The position numbers were made by a program, and so were the translations under genes. 64,000 nucleotides of DNA from a virus (taxonomy: Duplodnaviria > Caudoviricetes). Below, piece by piece: positions 1-8,465 of this stretch. Positions within the stretch are counted from its first letter, which is position 1. Each line of letters opens with the position of its first letter. The notes below the pieces were generated by a model that saw only the letters and a program-made list of their open reading frames with translations, was not told the origin of the DNA and did not search any database. The stretch covers positions 1 to 64,000 of IMG/VR virus record IMGVR_UViG_3300014208_000036. One strand, given 5' to 3'.

Positions 1-52
1 ACGTCCCACCGCGGTGAATCTTTCATCCCAGAAAGGGTATAAAGGTTTCAAG

Positions 53-586
53 ATGGCGATCATCAAAAACATCTCCCTTTACGATGCCGCACGAAACGAG
101 TACGTCAAGGTCGGTGAGGAGGCGACCCACGAAGGACGAGTTCTCCGGGTGTACAACCGTGATTTCCGAGCGATGTCGGATGTGTACACGTACGCCACGT
201 ACGCCGATGTGATCGAGGACAACGGTGCCGTGAAGGAGGTCATGGTCAACGCGAACTTCGAGTGCGATACCTCCGGTGGTCGAGCGATCGTGGATGCAAC
301 CGACGAGGCGATCGCCTGGAACGTGCGATGGTGCCACGAGCAATCGCAGAAGTACGAGCGCCTTGTGCACCTCAAGCAACTCGAGAAACTCGAGGAGGAG
401 CGAAATCGTCCGACCGTCGGAAAGCGAATGATCGTTGTCCGCGGACGCAAGGTTCCCGTGGGTCACCAGGGCACCGTCGCCTACATCAACCGTGAAGGAA
501 GTGTACTCGTCAAGGCCGATCACGAATGGCAGGATCGCAAGGCAGGAGGTGTTTGGGTCCCGGCAGCGTACCTCAAGGCGGTGTGA
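53..586 (+). CDS. Hypothetical early protein with C-terminal SH3/KOW-like motif
   Basis: ATG at 53 follows promoter; C-terminus VGKRMIVV...GHQGTVAYI. Confidence 0.7.
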   Translation: MAIIKNISLYDAARNEYVKVGEEATHEGRVLRVYNRDFRAMSDVYTYATYADVIEDNGAVKEVMVNANFECDTSGGRAIVDATDEAIAWNVRWCHEQSQKYERLVHLKQLEKLEEERNRPTVGKRMIVVRGRKVPVGHQGTVAYINREGSVLVKADHEWQDRKAGGVWVPAAYLKAV

Positions 587-618
587 AACTCTTCCGAAAG
601 AAGTGGTAGGATCGATCC

Positions 619-882
619 ATGCTGATCAAGAAGGAACTCCTCGTCCCCTACGACATCGTGAACGGTTCGTACCTCCTCGATGCTAAGCATCTGGTGGGGG
701 ATGATCTCTTCAAGATGCCCCGGAAGTTCGATGTTGACTTTGGGGGTGAATGGGGAATCGTCGAGTTCAAGTTCGATACCTTCACCAAGGACGATGGTGA
801 GGGGGATCCACGTTGGGAATACGTGAACGACGATGATGAGTACGCCGTCTACGTGTACCTGAAGCTTCCCGAGGGGTGTTAA
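619..882 (+). CDS. Small acidic hypothetical protein
   Basis: Leaderless ATG behind the promoter at 583. Confidence 0.75.
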   Translation: MLIKKELLVPYDIVNGSYLLDAKHLVGDDLFKMPRKFDVDFGGEWGIVEFKFDTFTKDDGEGDPRWEYVNDDDEYAVYVYLKLPEGC

Positions 883-902
883 TATCACGTGAGCCCGCGA
901 GA

Positions 903-1388
903 ATGAACCCGTACAGAGGCGAGATACAAACAACTCCGCGCCGAGCGCCCAGAGCATCGCTCCTCAGACGCCTCGGCGCCGCGTGGCGACGCGTTCCACG
1001 ACAGCTCGAATCCAGAACACTGAGGATGTCAGGAACTTTCGACGAATTGTCGACCTGGGCCGAGCGTTACAAAGCATCTCACCTGACGTTCAACCTTTCC
1101 CTCCACATGAACGTTCCATTCGATCTCCTCACAGAACGAAAGACCGCCGAACGTGGTGTGGGCGACTGGTTGAGGTACGTTCGTCTTTTTGGGCACGATA
1201 CCACGACCATCACCGCCGTGATGAACAAACGAACAGTCAGACAATTCGAGAAGGCGATCACACTGTATTACGATGTCAGACCATACCATCAATCACCGTG
1301 CATACCATCACACTGGGTCCGGTCCAATGCCCCCACGTTGACCAACATGGGCTCTTCATGCGAGGATTGTGGAATCCACCATCGATGA
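903..1388 (+). CDS. Hypothetical protein (start uncertain)
   Basis: Fills the gap between cassettes; no motif recognised. Confidence 0.5.
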   Translation: MNPYRGEIQTTPRRAPRASLLRRLGAAWRRVPRQLESRTLRMSGTFDELSTWAERYKASHLTFNLSLHMNVPFDLLTERKTAERGVGDWLRYVRLFGHDTTTITAVMNKRTVRQFEKAITLYYDVRPYHQSPCIPSHWVRSNAPTLTNMGSSCEDCGIHHR

Positions 1389-1456
1389 TATTCGTGTGCA
1401 CGTGGGGGCTGCTTTGAATTGTGCAATCGCTCGGTCCAAAGAGGTATATCTAGACC

Positions 1457-1627
1457 ATGAACATCGCCAAGAAGATCGCGAACAGGAAGTGGGACGAGAT
1501 CGCCTCTGCCACGACCCGAACCACCAACCGGTCCGGGCTTTCGAAGCCGACGAGGCGAGCGAAGCGGAAGGCGAATCGTCGGGCGATCCGTGAGGAGAAT
1601 CGTATCGCGTTCAACGACGCGGCGTGA
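1457..1627 (+). CDS. 56-aa basic hypothetical protein (not in ORF track)
   Basis: GTGCAA-N18-TATATC then ATG; MNIAKKIANRKWDEIAS...RIAFNDAA. Confidence 0.7.
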   Translation: MNIAKKIANRKWDEIASATTRTTNRSGLSKPTRRAKRKANRRAIREENRIAFNDAA

Positions 1628-1666
1628 CCGGGTGCAATGAATTCCTTCAACGAGGTATAACGAACC

Positions 1667-1927
1667 ATGATCCTCAAAAGTATCGAAGAGAAAACGACGC
1701 AGATCATGGCAAAGTTGGACGTCAAGGACCAGCAAGATCATGCCATGGTGAAATCCGACGTTCAACGTCTCCTGCGCGAGGGGTATTCGTTCCACGAAAC
1801 GTTGGAATACATGTCGACGTTCGAGGAGGTCAGCCCGGATCTCGATGAAGATGTTGCTCTGCGTCTTCGAGAGGATGTGGTCAAACGCTTCAACTTGCGT
1901 ATGAAGGTGAACCTTCAACCTCGATAA
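1667..1927 (+). CDS. Hypothetical protein
   Basis: Own promoter, leaderless ATG. Confidence 0.75.
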   Translation: MILKSIEEKTTQIMAKLDVKDQQDHAMVKSDVQRLLREGYSFHETLEYMSTFEEVSPDLDEDVALRLREDVVKRFNLRMKVNLQPR

Positions 1928-1942
1928 AGGTATATCTGGATC

Positions 1943-2246
1943 ATGAAAACGCAGGTCATCGACATCCAAAGCATCACCCCCGACATGGTCGTCCGAGCCT
2001 ACGTGGGGAAACCGGGATGCATGTGCGGGTGCAAGGGAAAGTACTACAGGAACGTCCCCGCGCCGAACGGCAACGACTCCGGGATCATCGATGCAAGGGA
2101 TGGTGACCAAGATCCTCAGGGTCCTCCAGGCGAACGAGGATCTCGTCGAGTCAGAAGAGGGTGCATTCGATGGTGAAATCATCGTCTTCGGTCCCCGCGA
2201 CGGAATCGCGAAGAAGAACTACGTCGTCTACCTTCTTCGCCCGTGA
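1943..2246 (+). pseudogene. Probable single gene broken by a +1 frameshift near 2097-2100 (GKPGCMCGCKGKY motif)
   Basis: Protein-like frame continues as MVTKILRVLQANE...YLLRP* (2100-2246) after the GGG run. Confidence 0.5.
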
Positions 2247-2284
2247 AGGTGAACCTTGACGCATCAACGTGGTAAGGTGGTCCC

Positions 2285-2596
2285 ATGCTGAATGACATGA
2301 AGTTTCCGACGCCCGTCTGGTTCATGAATCCATTGACAGGACACATTTACGAAGCGTTTCTCATCAAGGAGAGTACGATTCTCGGCGACGACCGGGTGGT
2401 CATTTACATTCCTGCTCAAGACCGCGCCGCTTACGCGGTGAAAGAACACCTGTACGATGATGAAAAAACCGCGCGTGAACGGATCAAGCGCGCCGAGCTC
2501 GAACGTAAAATCAAGGAAGGGCGTGAGGCCATCAAGGATGCGATGACGAAGCTTGGGCAGCTCGAGAACGAGCTTGCTTCATTGCTGGGACGGTGA
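2285..2596 (+). CDS. Hypothetical coiled-coil protein
   Basis: Own promoter; its TGA stop lies inside the next -35. Confidence 0.75.
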   Translation: MLNDMKFPTPVWFMNPLTGHIYEAFLIKESTILGDDRVVIYIPAQDRAAYAVKEHLYDDEKTARERIKRAELERKIKEGREAIKDAMTKLGQLENELASLLGR

Positions 2597-2628
2597 AACT
2601 TCAACCTCATTGAAGGTATAACTGGATC

Positions 2629-2982
2629 ATGGAGGCAAGGAAGCCTCCCCTGAAACGGAGAACGACCATGAACAAGCTCGCCTCGACCATCGCCGGTTTC
2701 ATCGCCCTCGCTGCCCTCGCCCTCCCGCTCGGTGTCGCCTTCGGAAACGGTGCATTCGACGGTCCCGCGGAGGACTTCGTGCGCGGGGACTTCGCCTCCT
2801 CGGCGAGCGTTCCGAGCATCCACGTGCCCCATGTGATCGTCCTCGATGATGTCATCATCCACGCCGACGCGGCGCACGAGGCGCGGACCGGTGCAAAGCC
2901 CTGCGTCGCCCGGAACGAGGGAACCCGGGACCTGGTCCAAGGATTCGGGAAGGTCCGCACCTACACGTTCTGCGGTCGGTGA
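2629..2982 (+). CDS. Predicted exported protein (signal-like segment from Met at 2668)
   Basis: MNKLASTIAGFIALAALALPLGVAFG hydrophobic stretch. Confidence 0.7.
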   Translation: MEARKPPLKRRTTMNKLASTIAGFIALAALALPLGVAFGNGAFDGPAEDFVRGDFASSASVPSIHVPHVIVLDDVIIHADAAHEARTGAKPCVARNEGTRDLVQGFGKVRTYTFCGR

Positions 2983-3014
2983 ACGATGGATGGGGGATGA
3001 GGTAAGGTGCAGCA

Positions 3015-3242
3015 ATGGACCGCGAATACCGGATCTTCATCCCCCTTCAAAGTGCCGACCCGATCGGCGGGTTCATCACCTCGTACGTCGATGCCGAGCC
3101 TGTCGACCAGGACACGATGATGGTGACAGCACGGAACAAGGGTGAAATCGACAGGTACCTGTACCACGATCTCGGCTGGTCCCGCGATGATGTCGATCTC
3201 GCCATGGATCGTATCGAGGTGGTGCAAAGGTCGATCTTCTAG
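3015..3242 (+). CDS. Hypothetical protein
   Basis: Own promoter, leaderless ATG. Confidence 0.75.
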   Translation: MDREYRIFIPLQSADPIGGFITSYVDAEPVDQDTMMVTARNKGEIDRYLYHDLGWSRDDVDLAMDRIEVVQRSIF

Positions 3243-3257
3243 GGGTATATCTGGATC

Positions 3258-3551
3258 ATGAAGAAGATTCAGCCCCGGACCCTGACCGTCGAATTCACCC
3301 CTTCAGAACTCCAGGTGATCTTCAGCGCCTTGTGTCGAGCAATTCACCTCCACGATCCGAACAATGCATTCGATCAGAACGACGAAAATCGGATGCGCAT
3401 GGAACGAAGCGTCCGTGAATGGTTCGGAAAATTGGCCTCAGAGGCAGGATACGTTTCGGATCGAAACATCAGGATGTCGGACATCACGCAACTCCTCCCG
3501 AAGAAGGAATGGGATCGTATCAAGGATTGTTACCCTTCGAAACGAAAGTAA
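3258..3551 (+). CDS. Hypothetical protein
   Basis: Own promoter, leaderless ATG. Confidence 0.75.
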   Translation: MKKIQPRTLTVEFTPSELQVIFSALCRAIHLHDPNNAFDQNDENRMRMERSVREWFGKLASEAGYVSDRNIRMSDITQLLPKKEWDRIKDCYPSKRK

Positions 3552-3612
3552 TCCGTAATCCAAACGTTGGGTGGGGGTGAAAATCCCCACCCAACCGAGG
3601 TATATCTGGATC

Positions 3613-3804
3613 ATGAAGAAGCGCTACACCGCGTACCTCCAGTTCGCCAACGACCTCACGAGCGAGGAGTACGTCGAGGAGATCGATGTCGATGCACGGA
3701 GCCTCGATGAGGCACGAAAGCTCGCGCAGGAGGAGCTCGATCGGGACTACGACGGTGGGCTCGTGATCGGTCCCGTCGTCGAGCGATTCGGTCTCTACAT
3801 GTGA
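3613..3804 (+). CDS. Hypothetical acidic protein
   Basis: ATG 12 nt after TATATC (MKKRYTAYL...). Confidence 0.75.
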   Translation: MKKRYTAYLQFANDLTSEEYVEEIDVDARSLDEARKLAQEELDRDYDGGLVIGPVVERFGLYM

Positions 3805-3836
3805 AACTCCCTGCGTAGAAAGGTTATAACCTGATC

Positions 3837-4028
3837 ATGATCGACCAACCCGCCGCCATCGTCGCCATCACCAAGAAACTCGACATGAACGTTCCGATCG
3901 TGAAGGAGTTCATGAGAACGTACACCACCTTCAAGAACGAAGGCGACAGCGACGAGGATGCCATGGAACGTGCGATCGGCCACGTCTACATGATGGGTCT
4001 GAAGGATGGGTCCCCTAGGGACCTCTAG
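3837..4028 (+). CDS. Hypothetical protein
   Basis: Own promoter, leaderless ATG. Confidence 0.75.
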   Translation: MIDQPAAIVAITKKLDMNVPIVKEFMRTYTTFKNEGDSDEDAMERAIGHVYMMGLKDGSPRDL

Positions 4029-4116
4029 AATACCTTCGAGGTCCGGATGAGGTAACCACCGTCCAACAATTGAAAGCCCTCACGTGGGTCAACGGTGGGC
4101 GGAGAACAGAGGAATC

Positions 4117-4578
4117 ATGACTGCCAAGGAAAAGGTCAAGCTGCTGGTGGGCCTCCTGGAGGAGATCAGGGACAGGAACTACCATGAGCCCGATGTGGAT
4201 TCACATCAGTACTGCCCGGACTGCGGGAACTCGCCGTACTGGAACCCTCCCCACGAGCAGGACTGCCTCGTTCCGAGGATCGCGGAAGCGCTGAGGTCGG
4301 TGAAGGAATCACCTCGAAGGAGGTATGATCGGGTCATGAAACAGATCGCGATGCTCGGAACCCCGGAACGACCCTACTGGCATTGGTCCTGCGATCGATG
4401 CGGTTTCGACGACAATCGGAACACCGACATGGCGTGCACTCAATGCGGTCGGCTCATCCAATGCGAGACCGCAGGTGGCCACGAGTGGTCTCCCGGTCAC
4501 CAGCACTGCGATGGTGGTTGCGGCACGGACCGGGAGACACTGAAGATCGATCAGGAGCATCGTCGGGAAGACTACTGA
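4117..4578 (+). CDS. Cys-rich (multiple CxxC) hypothetical protein with nested in-frame start at 4336
   Basis: CPDC, CDRC, CTQC, CDGGC motifs; SD-like AGAGGA before 4117. Confidence 0.7.
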   Translation: MTAKEKVKLLVGLLEEIRDRNYHEPDVDSHQYCPDCGNSPYWNPPHEQDCLVPRIAEALRSVKESPRRRYDRVMKQIAMLGTPERPYWHWSCDRCGFDDNRNTDMACTQCGRLIQCETAGGHEWSPGHQHCDGGCGTDRETLKIDQEHRREDY

Positions 4579-4617
4579 CGAGTGAACCTTACCCATCCGA
4601 TGAGGTAGATTCGAACC

Positions 4618-4854
4618 ATGGAAACCAGGCGACACATCCACATCATCGCGTCCGAGATCCTCAAGGATTGCACGACGCTGAACATCGCAGCGAAGGTGTA
4701 CCTGAAGGCGATGCTCTGCCTCGAGACCATCGACGATTCCTACGGTGCCGACTCGGCACGTGAAATCATCCTGTACTTCCTCTCGAACGCCGCGACGTAC
4801 CGCGGCGAAACCGCCAAACGCTTGAAGGCAGAGCTCAAGGACCACCTGAAATGA
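4618..4854 (+). CDS. Hypothetical phage protein
   Basis: Own promoter; YG.DS...IILYFLSNA.TYRGE.AKR.K.EL. Confidence 0.75.
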   Translation: METRRHIHIIASEILKDCTTLNIAAKVYLKAMLCLETIDDSYGADSAREIILYFLSNAATYRGETAKRLKAELKDHLK

Positions 4855-5093
4855 AGAAGGTCGTCATCAGAAGCCTCACGAGCCCACGTGGATGTTGGGA
4901 CGGCGAGGCGACTGAGATCCTCGTCGACGGCGAGCGTGTTGCGTTCGGCAACTACGGGGGCGAACCGGAGGACAACCTGCGCTGCAGGGACTACGATTGG
5001 GTCGAGGATGCGTTCGTCAAACTAGCGAAGGCACTGGGCGCAGAGGTCGAGCTCGTGGAGGACAACGAAGTGAATGATAACCTTCCCCTGTAG
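4851..5093 (+). CDS. Hypothetical protein
   Basis: ATGA-coupled to the upstream gene. Confidence 0.7.
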   Translation: MKKVVIRSLTSPRGCWDGEATEILVDGERVAFGNYGGEPEDNLRCRDYDWVEDAFVKLAKALGAEVELVEDNEVNDNLPL

Positions 5094-5136
5094 TAGGATC
5101 GAATCAATCAGGAAGTAAATTTTCAAACCAAAATAT

Positions 5137-5176
5137 GCGGTCGCTGGTCCAGCGGTTCGATTCCGCGGCGATCGCC
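5137..5176 (+). ncRNA. tRNA top-half (acceptor + T-arm) mini-RNA
   Basis: GCGGTCGC pairs with GCGATCGC; T-arm GCGG-TTCGATT-CCGC; 7-nt linker replaces the D and anticodon arms. Confidence 0.6.
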
Positions 5177-5216
5177 CGATGGTGAAACTTCACCCTGAAC
5201 TGAGGTAAACCTGATC

Positions 5217-5453
5217 ATGGAATACAGCCTCATCGAATGTCGCTGCTGCAGCATTGGCGGGAAGTCGTTCTGGAATCCTCGTACCGGGTCGTACGAGGCA
5301 CCCGCCCCGGGTTGGGGCAGGATCGCACGCATCGACGGTCCAGATCTCATCTGCCCCGAATGCAGGGAGGACCCTGTCGCCGCGTTGGATTCCCTGAAGC
5401 TCGACGGGTACGAGAACGCGTACATCGTCGAGTGGGGTGAACCTTCCCTCTAA
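5217..5453 (+). CDS. Small CxxC protein
   Basis: Own promoter; CRCC and CPEC motifs. Confidence 0.75.
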   Translation: MEYSLIECRCCSIGGKSFWNPRTGSYEAPAPGWGRIARIDGPDLICPECREDPVAALDSLKLDGYENAYIVEWGEPSL

Positions 5454-5472
5454 TGTGGGGTAGAACTGGATC

Positions 5473-5670
5473 ATGAAGGATTCAACGACAACCGTCTCGA
5501 TGACCTGCACCGAGGCTTCCCGGCGATTTCGGGAAGCGGCTGCGAGATGCCCGCATTACAAGGTGCACCTTCTTGCCCAGGCAGACCTTCTCCAGGGATT
5601 CGGTGACGTGGTTTTCCCTGAACACCTCAAGGAAGTCCATGCATTTGTCTTCGGTGATGAAACCCCATGA
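5473..5670 (+). CDS. Hypothetical protein
   Basis: Own promoter. Confidence 0.7.
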   Translation: MKDSTTTVSMTCTEASRRFREAAARCPHYKVHLLAQADLLQGFGDVVFPEHLKEVHAFVFGDETP

Positions 5671-5870
5671 AGCACACCGTCGTCATCACCCTCAACGGGA
5701 CACGCTTCGCCACGATGCGTGCTGAGGAAAGGTCGGGCGATGCCTCGATGGTTCGGGTCTACGTACCGGAGCTCGAGGAACTCCTCGGATTCTCCCGGTC
5801 GACCAGGACGCTCATCAGGACCGACCGACAGAACACGATCGTGTACAGGCTCAGATCGTACTCGGTGTGA
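5667..5870 (+). CDS. Hypothetical protein
   Basis: ATGA-coupled; TGA stop lies in the next -35. Confidence 0.7.
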   Translation: MKHTVVITLNGTRFATMRAEERSGDASMVRVYVPELEELLGFSRSTRTLIRTDRQNTIVYRLRSYSV

Positions 5871-5904
5871 AAACGAGCAGGTGTGTGTGAGGTATAACTA
5901 GATC

Positions 5905-6183
5905 ATGGCAAACAATCACCACGCCCACGTCTACCGCACCTGGGAAGACTTCTCCAAGGCATGGATCCCCAAGGCTCAGCGGTGGGCTCGTCGCATCTGG
6001 AACGAGCACGTTGCCAGGCACGGCAACGTCCCGTACATCACGAAGTGCTCTGTCTGCTCGGGTCGAGAACAGGATCACGAAGTTCGGCGCAAGTACGGGA
6101 ACAAGCGCGGCTTCCATCGCCCCACGAAGGTGGAGCGTGATGAGCTGCTCTCGCCCGAGGGGTGTAAACGAACTGGTGGGTGA
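5905..6183 (+). CDS. Hypothetical basic protein
   Basis: Own promoter. Confidence 0.7.
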   Translation: MANNHHAHVYRTWEDFSKAWIPKAQRWARRIWNEHVARHGNVPYITKCSVCSGREQDHEVRRKYGNKRGFHRPTKVERDELLSPEGCKRTGG

Positions 6184-6197
6184 GGTATAACAGGATC

Positions 6198-6404
6198 ATG
6201 GATAAGGAAGAACTCTCCAAGCACATCTCAAATCTGGCGTTCGACGATGACCTCAACGAGGAATTCATCGATGAGGCGAACGGGGCGAGCGAACGGTTGG
6301 TCGCGCTGCGTCGACTGTTCAGAGGACATCCCTACGAGGCGAAGTTCACGGAGATGATCGCAGCATGCGATCACATCGCGGCGACGATCGCGCAACACGT
6401 GTGA
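6198..6404 (+). CDS. Hypothetical protein
   Basis: ATG 12 nt after TATAAC. Confidence 0.75.
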   Translation: MDKEELSKHISNLAFDDDLNEEFIDEANGASERLVALRRLFRGHPYEAKFTEMIAACDHIAATIAQHV

Positions 6405-6436
6405 AAACGAACGGGTGAATGAGGTATAACTAGATC

Positions 6437-6640
6437 ATGGTCAACAAACCGATTGGTTCGAGCATGTGTTTCACCGGGGGTGCCGAGCCTTGCACCCCAA
6501 TCGTTTCGGTTGTCAAGTCCACCTATCATGGTGCCGGTCCTGGCGACCGGGCCATCCTGATCGATACAGGGGAACATGGTGGGATCGAATTGTCCGAGGA
6601 AACTCTTCAAACGATTCTTCGTTGGGTCAACGAGAGGTAG
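6437..6640 (+). CDS. Hypothetical protein
   Basis: Last cassette of the array. Confidence 0.75.
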   Translation: MVNKPIGSSMCFTGGAEPCTPIVSVVKSTYHGAGPGDRAILIDTGEHGGIELSEETLQTILRWVNER

Positions 6641-7060
6641 ATCATGAGCATGTTAAGCTCCTATGGGGGTGGATCAAGACCTTCGTGCTGCGGGCCCTCC
6701 AACAATTCATGAAGCTGCCACGGCCCGATCGGGCGGGGCCTCAAGGGGCCCCGCCGAATGACGGTCGTGAAGGGGTAGGGGCGGCCCCCTAAAAAGGCCC
6801 CCTAAATGGGGTGGGGCCCCTGGGGCTTGCAACCTTAGCGGTGAATGGCCGCTCGTGGGGGTGCCATGGATCCTACGTCACACGTCACATGATTTTTTCA
6901 CGTTCTGATCAGTCCCCTCGAAAATCCCGGGAAACTTTTCCTGATTGGACGTCCGTTCGCCAACAGTCAACAGCGCCCAAAAATCCCGGGAAATTTTCGA
7001 CGCCATGGTGATGGTGGCTGTGAACCACTGTAACCAACCGTGGTACGGTTATCGTAGGTC
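6641..7060. repeat. Non-coding spacer with GC hairpin, GGCCCCCTAAA x2 and AAAATCCCGGGAAA(C/T)TTTTC-like repeat x2
   Basis: 9-bp stem 6732-6755; near-palindromic repeats at 6921-6940 and 6980-6998. Confidence 0.7.
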
Positions 7061-7336
7061 ATGAAATTGTTGATTTTGAGTATCAATTCAAACCCACTCA
7101 GGCTCGATGAGGGGATTCCAAGGCTCGTCCCTGTGCGTTACGATCTGCTGAAGGCCAACGCCGAGGAGGCAGAACTCGAGGATCGGCTTTATGAGGCCCT
7201 CCGCCTTCTGCCTGGCGACCTTGTTCGACCTCGATTCCATGAGTACGGTTACCACGATAACCTGCAGCACCGCGGGATCGTTCTGTCGATCAACGATGGT
7301 AACTTGCTGCTCCTCTGGTCGGACGGTTGTGAATGA
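7061..7336 (+). CDS. SH3/KOW-like paralogue family member 1
   Basis: LPGDLVRPRF...RGIVLS...LLLWS. Confidence 0.75.
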   Translation: MKLLILSINSNPLRLDEGIPRLVPVRYDLLKANAEEAELEDRLYEALRLLPGDLVRPRFHEYGYHDNLQHRGIVLSINDGNLLLLWSDGCE

Positions 7337-7372
7337 TTGGGTGGACCTTCGTTCGGTAAAAGTCCAAAATAT

Positions 7373-7666
7373 ATGAAATTGCTGGTGATCCCAACCAACC
7401 CGAATTCATCCCTGATCAACTCGGGTTTATTTTCAACGGGTTGGCTGCCGATCCGTCACGATCGGGTGAAACCTACCCGCAAAGTTGATATCGTCGACTT
7501 CATCCAACGTAGAAATGAGGCCAAGGACCTACAACCCGGCGAATTGGTTCGACCACGATACCATGAATACGAACATCAGGACGACGCCGCCGCGGCCGCC
7601 TGGGGCATCGTCGTGGCGAACTACGGGGACAGGTTATTTTTCATCGTGTCGGACGAATGGTGTTGA
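7373..7666 (+). CDS. Paralogue 2
   Basis: QPGELVRPRY...WGIVVA; N-terminus MKLL shared with member 1. Confidence 0.75.
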   Translation: MKLLVIPTNPNSSLINSGLFSTGWLPIRHDRVKPTRKVDIVDFIQRRNEAKDLQPGELVRPRYHEYEHQDDAAAAAWGIVVANYGDRLFFIVSDEWC

Positions 7667-8043
7667 TGGGAGCAAACAGTATGATGTTGGTGAATTTTCC
7701 GTTGACGGTTGCCGGGATGAACGAGAGGTACGCCTTGAACCTGCACGATTACCCGATTCCCATCGGCGGGGCTCCCGATATTTCGTTCGATGAAATGATC
7801 AGGTTGATCAACGACACGTCGACGAAGGTTTTCTACGAGACCGTGGTGCCCGTCCCTGGCGAGATCGTCAGGCCGAGGTGGCACGGGAGTTCGATTAAAC
7901 GTGTTGGACGGCGCGATAGCAGGGATGCTCGAGGGATCGTCCTCGCGAACGATGGTGAACACCTGCTCGTTGGCATAACGTTGGGATGGTTCCTGTGGAG
8001 GGGTGACGCCGAAACCGTCAATCTGACGCGGTCGTACGTGTGA
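7657..8043 (+). CDS. Paralogue 3
   Basis: VPGEIVRPRW...RGIVLA. Confidence 0.75.
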   Translation: MVLMGANSMMLVNFPLTVAGMNERYALNLHDYPIPIGGAPDISFDEMIRLINDTSTKVFYETVVPVPGEIVRPRWHGSSIKRVGRRDSRDARGIVLANDGEHLLVGITLGWFLWRGDAETVNLTRSYV

Positions 8044-8083
8044 GCGTTACGTGTGAGCGCTATCGAATAATGGCTTGAACTTC

Positions 8084-8434
8084 ATGATTGAACTTAAAAC
8101 CTACATCGGTGAACCTGCCCAACCGGACCTCATGTACGATTGGCCAGTTCGTATCGATTGCCCCGTTCACCGAACGAAGAATTACTTCGCCGACCGCAGG
8201 CGCATTCTATCGGAGGATGTCCATCAATGGATCACCGAGAATCCGCCCATGCCGGGTGATTTCGTGCTCAGGAACGCATGGGTCCTAAAGAAGCTGCATG
8301 ATCGAGGTGGACGGGGTGAAGCCGACATCGCGGGCGACGATAATCAAATTGGTATCATCCTGTCCGCGGTTCCGAGTTTCATCGACGGATCGACAAAGTG
8401 TGCTTCGATCATCGTTGCCTGGAGCGGTGAATGA
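8084..8434 (+). CDS. Paralogue 4
   Basis: MPGDFVLRNAW...IGIILS...VAWS. Confidence 0.75.
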   Translation: MIELKTYIGEPAQPDLMYDWPVRIDCPVHRTKNYFADRRRILSEDVHQWITENPPMPGDFVLRNAWVLKKLHDRGGRGEADIAGDDNQIGIILSAVPSFIDGSTKCASIIVAWSGE

Positions 8435-8465
8435 GCGAGCGTGATCAAACGGGGGCTTGAACTTC

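Larger units (their letters stand above)
14..6436 (+). promoter_or_regulatory. Array of 19 copies of a phage promoter, GTG(A/C/T)A(A/C/T/G)-N18-TA(T/G/A)NNN, usually followed by GATCATG
   Basis: -35 hexamers start at 14, 583, 1421, 1632, 1907, 2249, 2593, 2979, 3222, 3577, 3801, 4300, 4582, 5070, 5182, 5437, 5867, 6162, 6401. Spacer is 18 nt in 18 of 19. ATG lies 11-12 nt from the first -10 base in 17 of 19. Confidence 0.85.

Noticed and set aside
14-6640. CRISPR array or integron attC array
   Set aside because: The repeats are degenerate bipartite promoters separated by 150-500 nt ORFs; there are no equal-length spacers, palindromic attC sites, cas genes or integrase.
8030-8062. Short tandem repeat TACGTGTGAGCG x2
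   Set aside because: Two copies only; most likely a duplication scar at a paralogue junction.
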